From Acidobacteriota bacterium (GTDB lineage: Bacteria; Acidobacteriota; UBA6911; RPQK01; JAJDTT01), in assembly GCA_965217775.1 (NCBI GenBank), contig CBDCJH010000002.1, positions 5,984,001 through 6,048,000 of the forward strand: a stretch of DNA of 64,000 nt, given 5' to 3'. The notes under the pieces were generated by a model. The model did not search any database. It was not told the origin of the DNA and saw only the letters and a list, made by a program, of their open reading frames with translations. Below are positions 37,363-47,348 of this stretch, piece after piece. Made by a program: the position numbers and the translations under genes. Position 1 is the stretch's first letter. Each line of letters begins with the position of its first letter.

Positions 37363-40335
37363 ATGGAAGTAACCTTCAGGGCCCGGGCCAGGACGCTGGA
37401 TATGCTGGGGAGGCAGCAGATCGCCGGAATCCCCACCGCAATCAGCGAACTGTTCAAGAACGCCCACGACGCGTACGCCGAGCGGGTTGAGGTCGACTAC
37501 TACCGTCGTGGCGGGCTGATCGTGCTCCGGGACGACGGCTTCGGGATGAAGACCGAGGAATTCGTCGACCGATGGCTTACGATCGCCACGGAGACCAGTA
37601 TCCAGCGGAAGAGCACCGGACGCCGGCTCTCCGGATCGGGTGACCGTACGAGGCCAGTCTTGGGGGAGAAGGGAATCGGTCGTCTCGCCATTGCGACGAT
37701 CGCGCCCCAGGTGCTGGTGCTGACTCGCGCCCTTCGCGAGGGCGTCCTTTCCGACCTCACAGCCGCCTTCCTGAATTGGCGGGTCTTCGAGTGTCCCGGC
37801 CTGGACCTTCAGGATATCCGGATCCCGCTCCGCACCTTCCCCGGCGGTAGCTTGCCGGACGGCAGCGAGGTCGCAGACATGGTCAGCTTTTTTCGCAGTA
37901 GGAACGCTAGTCTCCGGGAGCATGTCGACGAGGACGAGTGGAGACGCATCGACGACGAACTAGCGCAGTTCGCAGTCGATCCCTTAGCGATGGCCGAATA
38001 CCTGGGTGAGCCGACGCTCCTCGAGCGAGGTTACGGCACCCACTTCTATCTTCTGCCCGCATCCCCAAACTTGGCTTATGACATTGCCGGGGATCCGGAT
38101 TCCGACGTGGCCGCACCACTTCAGAAGGCGCTGCTGGGGTTTATCACTCCATCATTTGCGGATGGTGGGAAGCTGCTCATCCACACCGCCTTTCGTGACC
38201 ACAGGACGGATGGAACCTGCGACAATCTCATCGGGGAAAACGAGTTCTTCACACGCTACGACTACGACAACGCCGATCACCAGATCTCGGGAAGATTCGA
38301 TAAATACGGGCAGTTCAAGGGCAGTGTATCCGTATATGGCGAAACCGTGCGCGACCATGTGATCAACTGGAGCGGCGGGAGAGGCCGCCCGACGACATGC
38401 GGCCCGTTTCACATCAGGTTCGCCGCAATCGAGGGTGTGGCCAGGCATTCGACCCTTCCGCCCGAGGAGCATGTCCGTATGCTTCGGAAGACGAGAAGAA
38501 TCGGCGGTCTTTACATCTATCGGGACGGGGTACGCATTCAGCCCTACGGCAACACGGATTACGACTGGCTGGATATCGAGCTGCGACGCACCAAGAGCGC
38601 CTCCTATTACTACTTCTCGTACCGGCAGATGTTTGGAATCGTCGAGGTCGACTCGACCCACAACGGACGCCTTCGCGAAAAGGCGGGCAGGGAGGGCTTT
38701 CGTGAGAACAAAGCCTATCGTGATCTCCGAGGGATCCTGAGAAATTTTCTTGTCCAGGTGGCTGCCGACTTCTTCCGCAAAGCAGGAGTGCACGGCGAGC
38801 GTTTTGCGAGCAAAAAGCGGGAACGCGACGAGGAAGAACGGCATCGACGTGCCAGAGCGAAGAAGGTAACGGCAAAACGCAGCAAGTTCAGGAAGGATCT
38901 GACCACTTTCTTCGACCGAATGGAGACGGAGAATCCACTTGAGAGGGTTATGACATTAGGCGTGGAGACCGAGGCGCGTGTCAGAGAGGCGGGCCGCGAT
39001 CCAGACCGTAAAAGTGCGGCCAGAAGGATCATCGATATCGAACGGGATGCAAGGAGAGATTTTAGGGAGTTGGAGGCCCGCTACCGCGTTTCCAAGCCGC
39101 GCATCGGCATTAGCCGGGCCTTGCAGAGGGAGTGGAGCGACTATCAGGAGGCTTTCGAAGATATTGTCGTCAGCATAGGGGACATCCGGGACACGATTGA
39201 GAGCGTTGTCACGAAGGAGGTGACCAAAGCGGGGGTTGACGTGAGTGCCAGAGAACGCATGGAATCGGCTCTTATCGAGACGGGCCAGCTGGCCAGAAGA
39301 GAGACGAAGGCTGGACGTGACGAAGTAGACGAGGCAGCCAAGAGAATCTGGGAAAAGACGCGCGGCGTCACAATCCAGTGTGTGCGAAATGTCGAGGCCA
39401 CGATTCGCGAGGCGATGGCTGATTTTGGTCGGCGTGATTTTGCGGGCCTGGACGACGAGCGCCTAATCGCGGAGCGTTCGGAGCTGGAGGCGCCGATCCG
39501 CAAAGCCTTGGAGAAGGTCACCCGCATCCTGGACTCCCTTCGCTCACAGTTGGCAGCCGTTGACGTGACAGGCGACTCCTCTATTGTCGAGGAACTTGCA
39601 GCGGTTGAACAGAGCAATATTGCACTGAAGGAACAGGCTGCCGCCGACCTCCAGCTCGCCCAACTCGGTATGGCGATCGAGATCATAAGCCATGAGTTCG
39701 GCGCCGCCATCAGGTCAATCCGGTCGGGGCTTCGAAGCCTGAAGGCGTGGGCCGATGTCAACAGCGAACTCATGTCACTATATCAGAGTATCCGCGGCAG
39801 CTTCGACCATCTCGATGGATACCTGACGCTCTTTACGCCGCTCCAGAGAAGACTCTACCGCAAGGCGGTAGACATTCGCGGTTGGGAGATCCACGAGTTT
39901 CTGACCAACCTGTTCGGTCAGCGGCTGGCCAGACACAATGTCGAACTGACCAGAACCGAGGCGTTCGCCAGGGCCACCATTCGGGGCTATCCGTCATCCT
40001 TCTACCCGGTGTTCGTCAATCTCGTGGACAATGCGATCTATTGGCTTTCCGGCCAGAATGAGGGCCTTGAACGACGAATCGAACTCGACGCGTCAGGGAT
40101 CGCGTTCCGCGTTTGGGACTCGGGTCCGGGGATCCACACCCGGGATCGCGACGACATCTTCGGCATCGGGTTCACCCGGAAGCCGGGCGGTCGCGGCATG
40201 GGGTTGCACATCGCGAGGGCAACTCTGCGCGAGGTTGGGTATGAATTGGTCCTTGAGGCGAGCGCACCGGGTCAGGGGACGACATTCCTGATCGCACCGG
40301 CCAAGGACGAGGACGAAGTAACCGATGCTGAGTAA
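37363..40335 (+). CDS. GHKL (HSP90/MORC-like) ATPase fused to a C-terminal histidine kinase module
   Basis: N-terminal ELFKNAHDA, DDGFGM and GEKGIGR; central coiled coil; H-box ISHEF, then NLVDNA, DSGPG and FTRKPGGRGMGL. Confidence 0.9.
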   Translation: MEVTFRARARTLDMLGRQQIAGIPTAISELFKNAHDAYAERVEVDYYRRGGLIVLRDDGFGMKTEEFVDRWLTIATETSIQRKSTGRRLSGSGDRTRPVLGEKGIGRLAIATIAPQVLVLTRALREGVLSDLTAAFLNWRVFECPGLDLQDIRIPLRTFPGGSLPDGSEVADMVSFFRSRNASLREHVDEDEWRRIDDELAQFAVDPLAMAEYLGEPTLLERGYGTHFYLLPASPNLAYDIAGDPDSDVAAPLQKALLGFITPSFADGGKLLIHTAFRDHRTDGTCDNLIGENEFFTRYDYDNADHQISGRFDKYGQFKGSVSVYGETVRDHVINWSGGRGRPTTCGPFHIRFAAIEGVARHSTLPPEEHVRMLRKTRRIGGLYIYRDGVRIQPYGNTDYDWLDIELRRTKSASYYYFSYRQMFGIVEVDSTHNGRLREKAGREGFRENKAYRDLRGILRNFLVQVAADFFRKAGVHGERFASKKRERDEEERHRRARAKKVTAKRSKFRKDLTTFFDRMETENPLERVMTLGVETEARVREAGRDPDRKSAARRIIDIERDARRDFRELEARYRVSKPRIGISRALQREWSDYQEAFEDIVVSIGDIRDTIESVVTKEVTKAGVDVSARERMESALIETGQLARRETKAGRDEVDEAAKRIWEKTRGVTIQCVRNVEATIREAMADFGRRDFAGLDDERLIAERSELEAPIRKALEKVTRILDSLRSQLAAVDVTGDSSIVEELAAVEQSNIALKEQAAADLQLAQLGMAIEIISHEFGAAIRSIRSGLRSLKAWADVNSELMSLYQSIRGSFDHLDGYLTLFTPLQRRLYRKAVDIRGWEIHEFLTNLFGQRLARHNVELTRTEAFARATIRGYPSSFYPVFVNLVDNAIYWLSGQNEGLERRIELDASGIAFRVWDSGPGIHTRDRDDIFGIGFTRKPGGRGMGLHIARATLREVGYELVLEASAPGQGTTFLIAPAKDEDEVTDAE

Positions 40336-41923
40336 CAGCTTTGCGGACCATTGTCGAGAGATCGCCCGGCGTTTCCTACTGACAGCGGTGGTCGTTGACG
40401 ACGAGCTCTCTTTTCACGCGGACCAGCCCGTCCAAGGCGATCTGAAAGTACCCGGGCAAGGCGTATCGGGGCGGCACGGGCCGACATCGGTCGATCCGCA
40501 GCGCCACCCGCCCCGGTCGCTCAAAGTTGACCCGATCACTTGGTCTTTTGCCAGCCAGGGCATGGTTTGTGGTGTGGTTTCACCCCAAGAAGGGCAAAAC
40601 GACCTTGACGCTCTCGCCAAGGCCGTTGCTCGTGCGGACATCGTCATTTTGGATTGGCGGCTGAGCCGAACGACCGGCGCCGATGCGTTGCCGTTGTTGA
40701 AGCGGATCCTGACGGAGGATCAGCCGCACCGACTTCGTCTGATCGCATTCTATACCGGAGAACGCGACCATGAGGCGATTCGCGACAAGATCGTAGACGG
40801 CCTGAACAACCTCCATGCATCTGATCAAGGGGGATCGATAGGAGACGCCCAACCTGGTCGGATAGACTACGGGGCCTGTCGTATCGTGGTATACGGAAAG
40901 CCCGGTTCTCTCGCCCCCAAGACGACGAGCGTCGTCAAGGAAGTAGCGTTGGCCGACCGGCTCATCGCCGAGTTCGCCGACATGGTGGAGGGGCTCTTGC
41001 CCAGCCTGGTTCTGACCGCACTGGCCGCAGTCCGAGATAACGCGCATCGTGTGCTAGAGCGCTTCGGGGGGGACCTGGACCCGGCCTTCTTGGCCCACCG
41101 CGCCTGTCTACCACAGCCTCAGGAGTCAGAGCAGCACATCGTCGAACAGATCGCCAGCGAGCTCCACGGAATCATGGACGATGTGATAGGTAGGGAGAGT
41201 CCGGCGGGAATCGAGGCGATCGAACGGTGGTTCGCCGACCGCGTCGGAAATGACAAGGTGTCATTCAGCGACAAACACGAAGCCGCAGTGCCCACAGTGC
41301 TGAAGATGCTGAGGGATGGACTAAAGGACCATCCTGGACCCCTAGGCCTCAAGAACTACCTCCATCTCTCGCATGGATTCTCGGGAGGCGCTGACAACAG
41401 CCGCGAACTGGACCGCCGCCTGGCGTCCACGAAGAGTTTTCGACAAGTGGTCGCCGACACTGAGCGGCAGCTGTCGATAGGGACGGTGGTTCGCCGAGTT
41501 GGGGACCTGAGCACGACGCTTTTATGCGTCACACCAAGATGCGATAGCGTCCGCTTGACCGGCAAGTCATCGTTCCTCTTCCTCCCGCTCTCGGATCCGA
41601 AGTCGAACACGCCGCAGGTCGTCGTGCCTACTGGCGACAACCAACATCAACGCATGACCATATCCATGAATCCATCGCAGTGGTGTATGGAGGACTTCAA
41701 TCCAGATCCTGACCGGCAGTGCGTGCTCGCACACCTCAGCGGGCCGGGTCAGGCGTTCAGTTTCAAGGATGTCTCTGGTAAAGAATACCGATGGGTGGGT
41801 GAACTGAAGGCGGAATTCGCCCAGTCCATAGCACAGGCGATTGCCGCAAGAATGTCGCGCCTACCGCTCAACAAGTCGGAATGGCACAGGCGATCTGAGC
41901 GAGTTGGCAAACGGAATGACTGA
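40325..41923 (+). CDS. Atypical response-regulator receiver-domain protein with a large uncharacterised C-terminus
   Basis: VVVDDE, DIVILDW and AFYTG receiver motifs; C-terminal LLCVTPRCDSVR; overlaps the upstream kinase gene. Confidence 0.82.
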   Translation: MLSNSFADHCREIARRFLLTAVVVDDELSFHADQPVQGDLKVPGQGVSGRHGPTSVDPQRHPPRSLKVDPITWSFASQGMVCGVVSPQEGQNDLDALAKAVARADIVILDWRLSRTTGADALPLLKRILTEDQPHRLRLIAFYTGERDHEAIRDKIVDGLNNLHASDQGGSIGDAQPGRIDYGACRIVVYGKPGSLAPKTTSVVKEVALADRLIAEFADMVEGLLPSLVLTALAAVRDNAHRVLERFGGDLDPAFLAHRACLPQPQESEQHIVEQIASELHGIMDDVIGRESPAGIEAIERWFADRVGNDKVSFSDKHEAAVPTVLKMLRDGLKDHPGPLGLKNYLHLSHGFSGGADNSRELDRRLASTKSFRQVVADTERQLSIGTVVRRVGDLSTTLLCVTPRCDSVRLTGKSSFLFLPLSDPKSNTPQVVVPTGDNQHQRMTISMNPSQWCMEDFNPDPDRQCVLAHLSGPGQAFSFKDVSGKEYRWVGELKAEFAQSIAQAIAARMSRLPLNKSEWHRRSERVGKRND

Positions 41924-42068
41924 CCTATCTTACAGAAACCCTCTTTAGCTCCAACCAGTCGCCGACGCCCCATCTCATTAACCGATTCCGGAACCCGCGA
42001 CCATCTTGTAAGCCAACGCCTTGACTTCCCGCCGCTCCCGTGCTGCAGACGATGTACCCGCATGCATA

Positions 42069-42512
42069 TCATACCCCTGATCGTTCGAGGGGCTCTTGTT
42101 CGTTCCGACGAAGGAACGACTCGATTCGATCAGCCAATGCCTCATGATCCTTCGTCTCACATTGCCAGATCACCATGACCCGCCAGCCAAGCTTGCGGAG
42201 TGCCGTTTCGTTGCGCCTATCGCGAACAACGTTGTCCTCGAACTTGTTCTTCCAGAACGACTCGCGCGTCTTGGGGATGGACGCATGCTTGCATCCGGGA
42301 TGCCTGTGCCAGAAGCACCCGTGAACCACGATGACGGCGCGGTGGCGCGGGAACACGATGTCGGGGCAACCGGGCAGATCTTGGCGGTGCAGGCGGAATC
42401 GGAACCCGAGCCCGTGAGCAATTCGACGAACGGTGAGTTCTGGCTTGGTGTCTCGACCCCGGATCCGTGACATGATCTCGCTTCGCTTCCTGGGCTCATA
42501 TATGTCGGTCAT
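42069..42512 (-). CDS. vsr: Very-short-patch repair endonuclease
   Basis: MTD...RSEIMSRIRGRDTKPE, LPGCPD, HGCFWH and LGWRVMVIWQC. Confidence 0.95.
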   Translation of the reverse strand: MTDIYEPRKRSEIMSRIRGRDTKPELTVRRIAHGLGFRFRLHRQDLPGCPDIVFPRHRAVIVVHGCFWHRHPGCKHASIPKTRESFWKNKFEDNVVRDRRNETALRKLGWRVMVIWQCETKDHEALADRIESFLRRNEQEPLERSGV

Positions 42513-42569
42513 TGGTCCGTTTCTCACGTCGGGCCTGTTGCGCAATTCCAATCATGCCCGTGAAAACGT

Positions 42570-42615
42570 GAATGGAAAAGTGACCCGGCGTGATCACGCA
42601 AAAGTGAACCGCCTC
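42570..42615. mobile_element. Probable solo IS21-like terminal remnant
   Basis: AAAAGTGACCC (42576) and AAAAGTGAACC (42600), spaced 24 bp apart, resemble IS21-family subterminal repeats; no istA/istB present. Confidence 0.4.
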
Positions 42616-42740
42616 AGGGCAAAAAAAGGTCCAATACTCCAGAGATTTTCTGTTCTCCCTTTCAATCTCCCGAGGACTCCGACCCGACCGGAGTCGTGAC
42701 CAGCGAGCCAGGGGTGCTCGGTAAACCCGGCGCCCTAGGC

Positions 42741-45205
42741 CTGCCCTATACCCACAAGTAATGCTGGACAAACAAGATTGCCTGTCGTAGTCTCCACGAC
42801 ATGGTAGTTCAGAACCAGATCAAGCGCACTTTGAGCCGAGAGTTGGATCGTTTACACGCCGTGATGAGGCGGGAGAAGTTCGCCCACCGGACGGCGCTGG
42901 CAGACCGGGTCTGCTCGGAGTTTGGATTTCACGATGCCCGAGGGCGGGCGCAACGCAGCGGCTGCCTGAAGGCGCTACGGGAGTTGGAGGCGCGCGGACG
43001 GATTCGTCTGCCGACGCCGCGACGGCGGGTGAAACATTGCGGGCCCCGAGGACTGGGCCGAGCGGTGCCGGAGGCGGTGGGAGTGCCCGCGACGGTGGAC
43101 GGCGTGCGGGAGCTGGAATTGATTCTGGTGGAGACGAGTCCGCTGCGAGCGCTCTGGAACGAGTTGATGGCGCGAGAGCATCCGCGGGGCGCGGGGCCGT
43201 TGGTGGGTGCTCAGTTACGCTATCTGGTGGGCTCGGCCCACGGTTGGCTGGGGGGCTTGGGCTTCGGGGCGGCGGCGTTGCGGTTGCGGGACCGGGACCG
43301 CTGGATCGGTTGGGATGAGGAACAACGCCGGGCGCACCTGCACCGGGTGGTGGGGTTGAGCCGGTTTCTGATCCGTCCGTCGGTGAGATGTCGTAATCTG
43401 GCCTCCCGGGTGCTGGGGGAGGCGTTGCGGCGGCTGGGTCCGGAGTTCCAAGCGCGCTACGGCTACCGGCCCTGGCTGGTGGAGACCTTCGTGGAGACGG
43501 ACCGCCACGATGGGGCCAGTTTGCGCGCCTCGAACTGGAGGGTTCTGGGGAAGACGCAAGGTCGAGGCCGGCAAGATCGGGCGCACCGGGCGGCGGAGAC
43601 GAGCAAGGCGATCTATGGGTATGAGTTGTGCCGGGATTGGCGGCGGCGGTTGGGGGTGGGACCGGCGCCGAGGCGGGGAGTGGAACCGATGTCGGAGGGC
43701 GAGGGACTGGAGGGAGAGGGCTGGGCTCAGCAGGAGTTGGGCGGGGCGCCGCTGGGAGACCGGCGCTTGAGTCGGCGATTGGTGGAGAGTGCGGAGCGTC
43801 AGGCGCAGGAGCCGGGGCGGGCGTTCACGGGAGTGGCGCGGGGCGATCCGGCGGCGGTCAAGGGATACTACCGGCTGATTGACCAGCCGGAAGCCTCGGC
43901 GGTGACGGTCGAGAACATCCTGGCCCCGCACCGGGAGCGGACGCGACAGCGGATGCAGGGGCAGCGGACGGTGCTGTGCATCCAGGACGGAAGCGATCTG
44001 AACTTCACGCGGCACGGCCAGTGTGAGGGACTGGGGGTGATCGGGCGCAACCAGACGGGAGCGACGGCGCGGGGACTGCATCTGCACGCGACGCTGGTGG
44101 TGAGTGAGACGGGGCTGCCGCTGGGGGTGTTGCGGGCAAAGATGGACGCGCCGAAGCCGGGACCGGCGGCCACGCAGAAAAAGAAGAAGACGTATCGCTG
44201 GATCGAGGGACTTCGGGACTGCGCCGAGGTGTCGCGGTCACTGGACGGAGTGCGGGTGGTCAGCGTGGTGGACCGGGCGGCGGATTTTTTCGCCCTGTTC
44301 GCCGAGCAACGAGCGACTCCGGAGGTGGAGTTGGTGGTGCGTGCGAAGCAGGATCGGGTGCTGAAGCGGAAGACCCGGGCGAAGACGGCCGGGAAAGGCG
44401 CGGATCCGGACCAGGAGCAGAAGCGGAAGCTGTTCGGGCGTCTGCGATCGGCGCCGGTGCGGGCCCAGATGCTGCTGGAGGTGAAGCGTCAGAGTGCGCG
44501 GATCAAGGCCAGCAAGCAGGCGGCCCGCCCGGCGCGGCCGGCGCGGGTGGCTCGTATGGAACTGCGCTACGAGACCCTGACGATTCCGGCGCCGCGCGGG
44601 AACCCGAGCGGCATCCCGTCGCTGAGACTGTCGGTGGTTCACGCGCGGGAGGTCGCGCCGCCGGCGAACGGGAAGCGCCTGGAATGGTTCCTGCTCACCA
44701 CTTTGCCCGTGACCGATGTCGAGACGGCGCAGCAACTGCTGAGATGGTACGCCCTGCGTTGGCGGGTGGAGGATTATTTCCGGGTGCTCAAGACCGGATG
44801 CCGGGTGCAACAGCTCCAGCACCAATCCGCCGAACGTCTGAAACGGGCCATCGCCATGCACGCCGTCATCGCTTGGCGGATCATGCTGATGACACTGCTG
44901 GGGCGAGAGGACCCGGACCTGCCGGCGCAGTTGCTGTTTTCCGATCTGGAAATCCGGGTCCTGGGGGCGTTTGCCGCGTCGCGAGGATTCCCAGCGCCGA
45001 AAGACTTGGGGGCGGCCGTGCTCGTGCTGGCCCGCCTGGGGGGATATCTGGCTCGTAAACACGACCCCCCACCCGGGCATCAACTGATGTGGCAAGGCTA
45101 CGTCACGCTCTACGGCATGTGTCTGGGCTTCGCTCTACGAGAAGACGGATGAATGAAATCAGACCCAGGCTGATGCGCCCGGCACGAGATGTGGGGAAAG
45201 GGCAG
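42741..45205 (+). mobile_element. IS4-family insertion sequence, apparently complete
   Basis: Terminal IRs CTGCCCTATACCCACA and (reverse complement) CTGCCCTTTCCCCACA; 8-bp direct repeat CCCTAGGC at 42733-42740 and 45206-45213. Confidence 0.9.
42801..45152 (+). CDS. IS4/Tn5-like DDE transposase with an N-terminal DUF4338 (DruA-like) domain
   Basis: N-terminal GAQLRYL, RDRWIGW, RFLIRP..NLAS, LVETFV and ASNW..LG.TQGRGR; then LGDRRLSRRL, CIQD, VDRAAD and the YREK motif YALRWRVEDYFRVLK. Confidence 0.9.
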   Translation: MVVQNQIKRTLSRELDRLHAVMRREKFAHRTALADRVCSEFGFHDARGRAQRSGCLKALRELEARGRIRLPTPRRRVKHCGPRGLGRAVPEAVGVPATVDGVRELELILVETSPLRALWNELMAREHPRGAGPLVGAQLRYLVGSAHGWLGGLGFGAAALRLRDRDRWIGWDEEQRRAHLHRVVGLSRFLIRPSVRCRNLASRVLGEALRRLGPEFQARYGYRPWLVETFVETDRHDGASLRASNWRVLGKTQGRGRQDRAHRAAETSKAIYGYELCRDWRRRLGVGPAPRRGVEPMSEGEGLEGEGWAQQELGGAPLGDRRLSRRLVESAERQAQEPGRAFTGVARGDPAAVKGYYRLIDQPEASAVTVENILAPHRERTRQRMQGQRTVLCIQDGSDLNFTRHGQCEGLGVIGRNQTGATARGLHLHATLVVSETGLPLGVLRAKMDAPKPGPAATQKKKKTYRWIEGLRDCAEVSRSLDGVRVVSVVDRAADFFALFAEQRATPEVELVVRAKQDRVLKRKTRAKTAGKGADPDQEQKRKLFGRLRSAPVRAQMLLEVKRQSARIKASKQAARPARPARVARMELRYETLTIPAPRGNPSGIPSLRLSVVHAREVAPPANGKRLEWFLLTTLPVTDVETAQQLLRWYALRWRVEDYFRVLKTGCRVQQLQHQSAERLKRAIAMHAVIAWRIMLMTLLGREDPDLPAQLLFSDLEIRVLGAFAASRGFPAPKDLGAAVLVLARLGGYLARKHDPPPGHQLMWQGYVTLYGMCLGFALREDG

Positions 45206-45248
45206 CCCTAGGCTCGCGCCGAGTCGTAGCGGCGGACATCGCTAGGAG

Positions 45249-45983
45249 TCAGGACGCTGGAGTAGGTTCGTCTGACGTTCGGGATGCCCACCACCGCGTC
45301 AACAGGAAGGGAGACAAGACGACGAAGAACATTCCCAGAGCGACCAAGCCGATGATGGGGATGTACCAGGGCCATCCGGCGAAGAAGAAGGGGGATTCGG
45401 TGCCGGCAGGGGGCCGGCAGAGAAACATGTAGTTGGATCCCAAGAGGGAGTTGAGAACGCCGAGCACGACGGCGAGGACGTTGAGGGCAACGAACGCTCG
45501 GAAGAGCCCGCCCAGGGTCGGCCTCATTTTCAGGGCCAGGGTGGCGTACAGGACTCCCGCCACGATGCCCGAGTGGGCGATGAAGTACTGGAAGAAACGG
45601 TAGTCCGGGAATCCCGCTTCCAGGTCCCCCGGGGTGATGACGGCATTCGTGGAACCGGCCAGGCCCCAGAAATAGACGATCTCGTAAATCCTTTGTCGGC
45701 GGAAGATCAGGGCCGCGGCCGTCAACAGGATCGTAAGTCCGCAGACGTGAAGAGGCAGATGGTCCTGAACGAAGCGGCTCCAGCCGACGGCATTGAGCCG
45801 GTAGCCCCAATGGATCGATTCGTTGATCAGCAGGGTGGCGGCCAACAGATAAGCGCCGGTGTCGGCCACCCTCTTCGAGTCCGTCCTTCGCGCCGCCTCC
45901 GCCAGCAGAATCGGGACGGCTAATGTCAGACCCATCACGATGAGGTGAGGCGTCCCAAAGATCTGAAATTCCGGTGGTGGCAT
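45249..45983 (-). CDS. YwaF/TIGR02206-like integral membrane protein
   Basis: LPLHVC, ITPGDL, YFIAH, NYMFL..PP and WPWY motifs. Confidence 0.85.
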   Translation of the reverse strand: MPPPEFQIFGTPHLIVMGLTLAVPILLAEAARRTDSKRVADTGAYLLAATLLINESIHWGYRLNAVGWSRFVQDHLPLHVCGLTILLTAAALIFRRQRIYEIVYFWGLAGSTNAVITPGDLEAGFPDYRFFQYFIAHSGIVAGVLYATLALKMRPTLGGLFRAFVALNVLAVVLGVLNSLLGSNYMFLCRPPAGTESPFFFAGWPWYIPIIGLVALGMFFVVLSPFLLTRWWASRTSDEPTPAS

Positions 45984-46019
45984 GTGCCTCCAGTAGCGGT
46001 CCTGTGGGCCGCGCCGAGA

Positions 46020-47126
46020 TCAGGGACGTTGACGCCCGCAGACCGGCGGCGCCACGTATTCCAGGCCCAACAGCCGGAAGTAGTTCTGACCCAGGGCAAT
46101 GTTCCGAAACGCCTCGTCGTTCAGGTAACGGTTGATCCGGCTGGTGATCTCCAACTCCGTCTTATAGACATCGAAGTCCTTGTCCGCTGACGCCAGGAAG
46201 TCAGTCCCGGGGAGCACCCGCTCCGAGTTTCGGTTGAAGAACGAGACATACGCCGCCTGCTTCTCGGGTTTGGAGAAATAGTGGTCGTCGACCACGCGCC
46301 AGGAGATGTCCACCATCAACTTCGGGTAGCGGTCCAACAGCGTCTCCATGATCCGGATGTGCTGTCCCGGGTCCATGTTCGCCAGTTCCTTGGACAACCC
46401 CATGTGCAACCAGACGATCTTGTTGTCGGGATAGCGGCGCAGCACCTCCTGGATCAACGGCAGGTATCGGGTCGGCTCCCGGTCGTTCCCCAGATCCGCG
46501 TGAATCGCCAGCGGGATGCCCCGTTTCCGCAGCACCGACATGAAGGCGGCCCACTCCGGGATCTTGGCCAGCGGAACCGGTTGATGTCCGTTATTGAACA
46601 GCGCCTGTTTCACCAGATTGACTTCTCCCATCCAGGTGAAGGCGCCGGGGTATTCCTGCTCCAGGATCTGCATGCCGGGAAGGATCGATTCGGGCCGGGA
46701 CAGGTCCGGAAAGGTCATGGCCAGCGTCATGTGCACGCCGTCCGGCGCCTGCCGGATGTAGTCGGCGGCATTGGCAAGGTCGTTCGTCAAAGAGGGCCGG
46801 ACCGGCGTGCCCGGACAATCCAGGTAGTAGGTGCATGAAGACCCCACGGGAACCCTCTGGCCGATGCCGCTTACGTTGACGAAGAGAACTCCCGTCCGTT
46901 GGAGGTAGGAGACCACATCACGGAACGGAATTTCCGGTCCACCGAAGGGACGGAAATGCAGGTGGGTATCCACGACAGAGGTCTGCGATTGCGTCGTGCG
47001 ATCGTAGCACGGGGCGTCGCCGGTCCGGAACATTTCCAGCGTCGGGCTGGGAGTCTCACCGGCGTATCCTGATACACCCGACGAGAGAACCAGGAAAAGG
47101 CATGTCGTCCGTGCCACGTCTTTCAT
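46020..47126 (-). CDS. Secreted amidohydrolase-superfamily protein
   Basis: Signal peptide; DTHLH, MGE, IHAD, WLHMG and GTDF metal motifs. Confidence 0.8.
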   Translation of the reverse strand: MKDVARTTCLFLVLSSGVSGYAGETPSPTLEMFRTGDAPCYDRTTQSQTSVVDTHLHFRPFGGPEIPFRDVVSYLQRTGVLFVNVSGIGQRVPVGSSCTYYLDCPGTPVRPSLTNDLANAADYIRQAPDGVHMTLAMTFPDLSRPESILPGMQILEQEYPGAFTWMGEVNLVKQALFNNGHQPVPLAKIPEWAAFMSVLRKRGIPLAIHADLGNDREPTRYLPLIQEVLRRYPDNKIVWLHMGLSKELANMDPGQHIRIMETLLDRYPKLMVDISWRVVDDHYFSKPEKQAAYVSFFNRNSERVLPGTDFLASADKDFDVYKTELEITSRINRYLNDEAFRNIALGQNYFRLLGLEYVAPPVCGRQRP

Positions 47127-47348
47127 TACGAGGTCTCGGGAGGCTGACTTCGGCGCCGATTTCAGCAGACTCGGCCAAGTTTGAGAACCCTTGGATCCGC
47201 TGCCGACTTTGGCCGCTCGGCCAAAGCCGAGATGCGACTATGGAAGGGGGCAAAATGAAAGTACTAGTTTCAGTTTGTCCATTTTTCGCACCCGTTGGAC
47301 ACCGTGATCCAGCATATGCCGGGACAACCGTCGAGCAGCCGTGCGCCG

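Noticed and set aside
41924-42068. Hidden HNH nuclease gene after the receiver protein
   Set aside because: The gap is only 145 bp and has no HNH or Cys motif in the frames examined.
35632-42740. Prophage or phage satellite
   Set aside because: Only an integrase fragment is present; no structural, replication or packaging genes, and no tRNA att site was seen.
42801-43700. Druantia defence system
   Set aside because: The DruA-like domain is fused to a transposase inside IS ends, and no DruE helicase or other dru genes are present.
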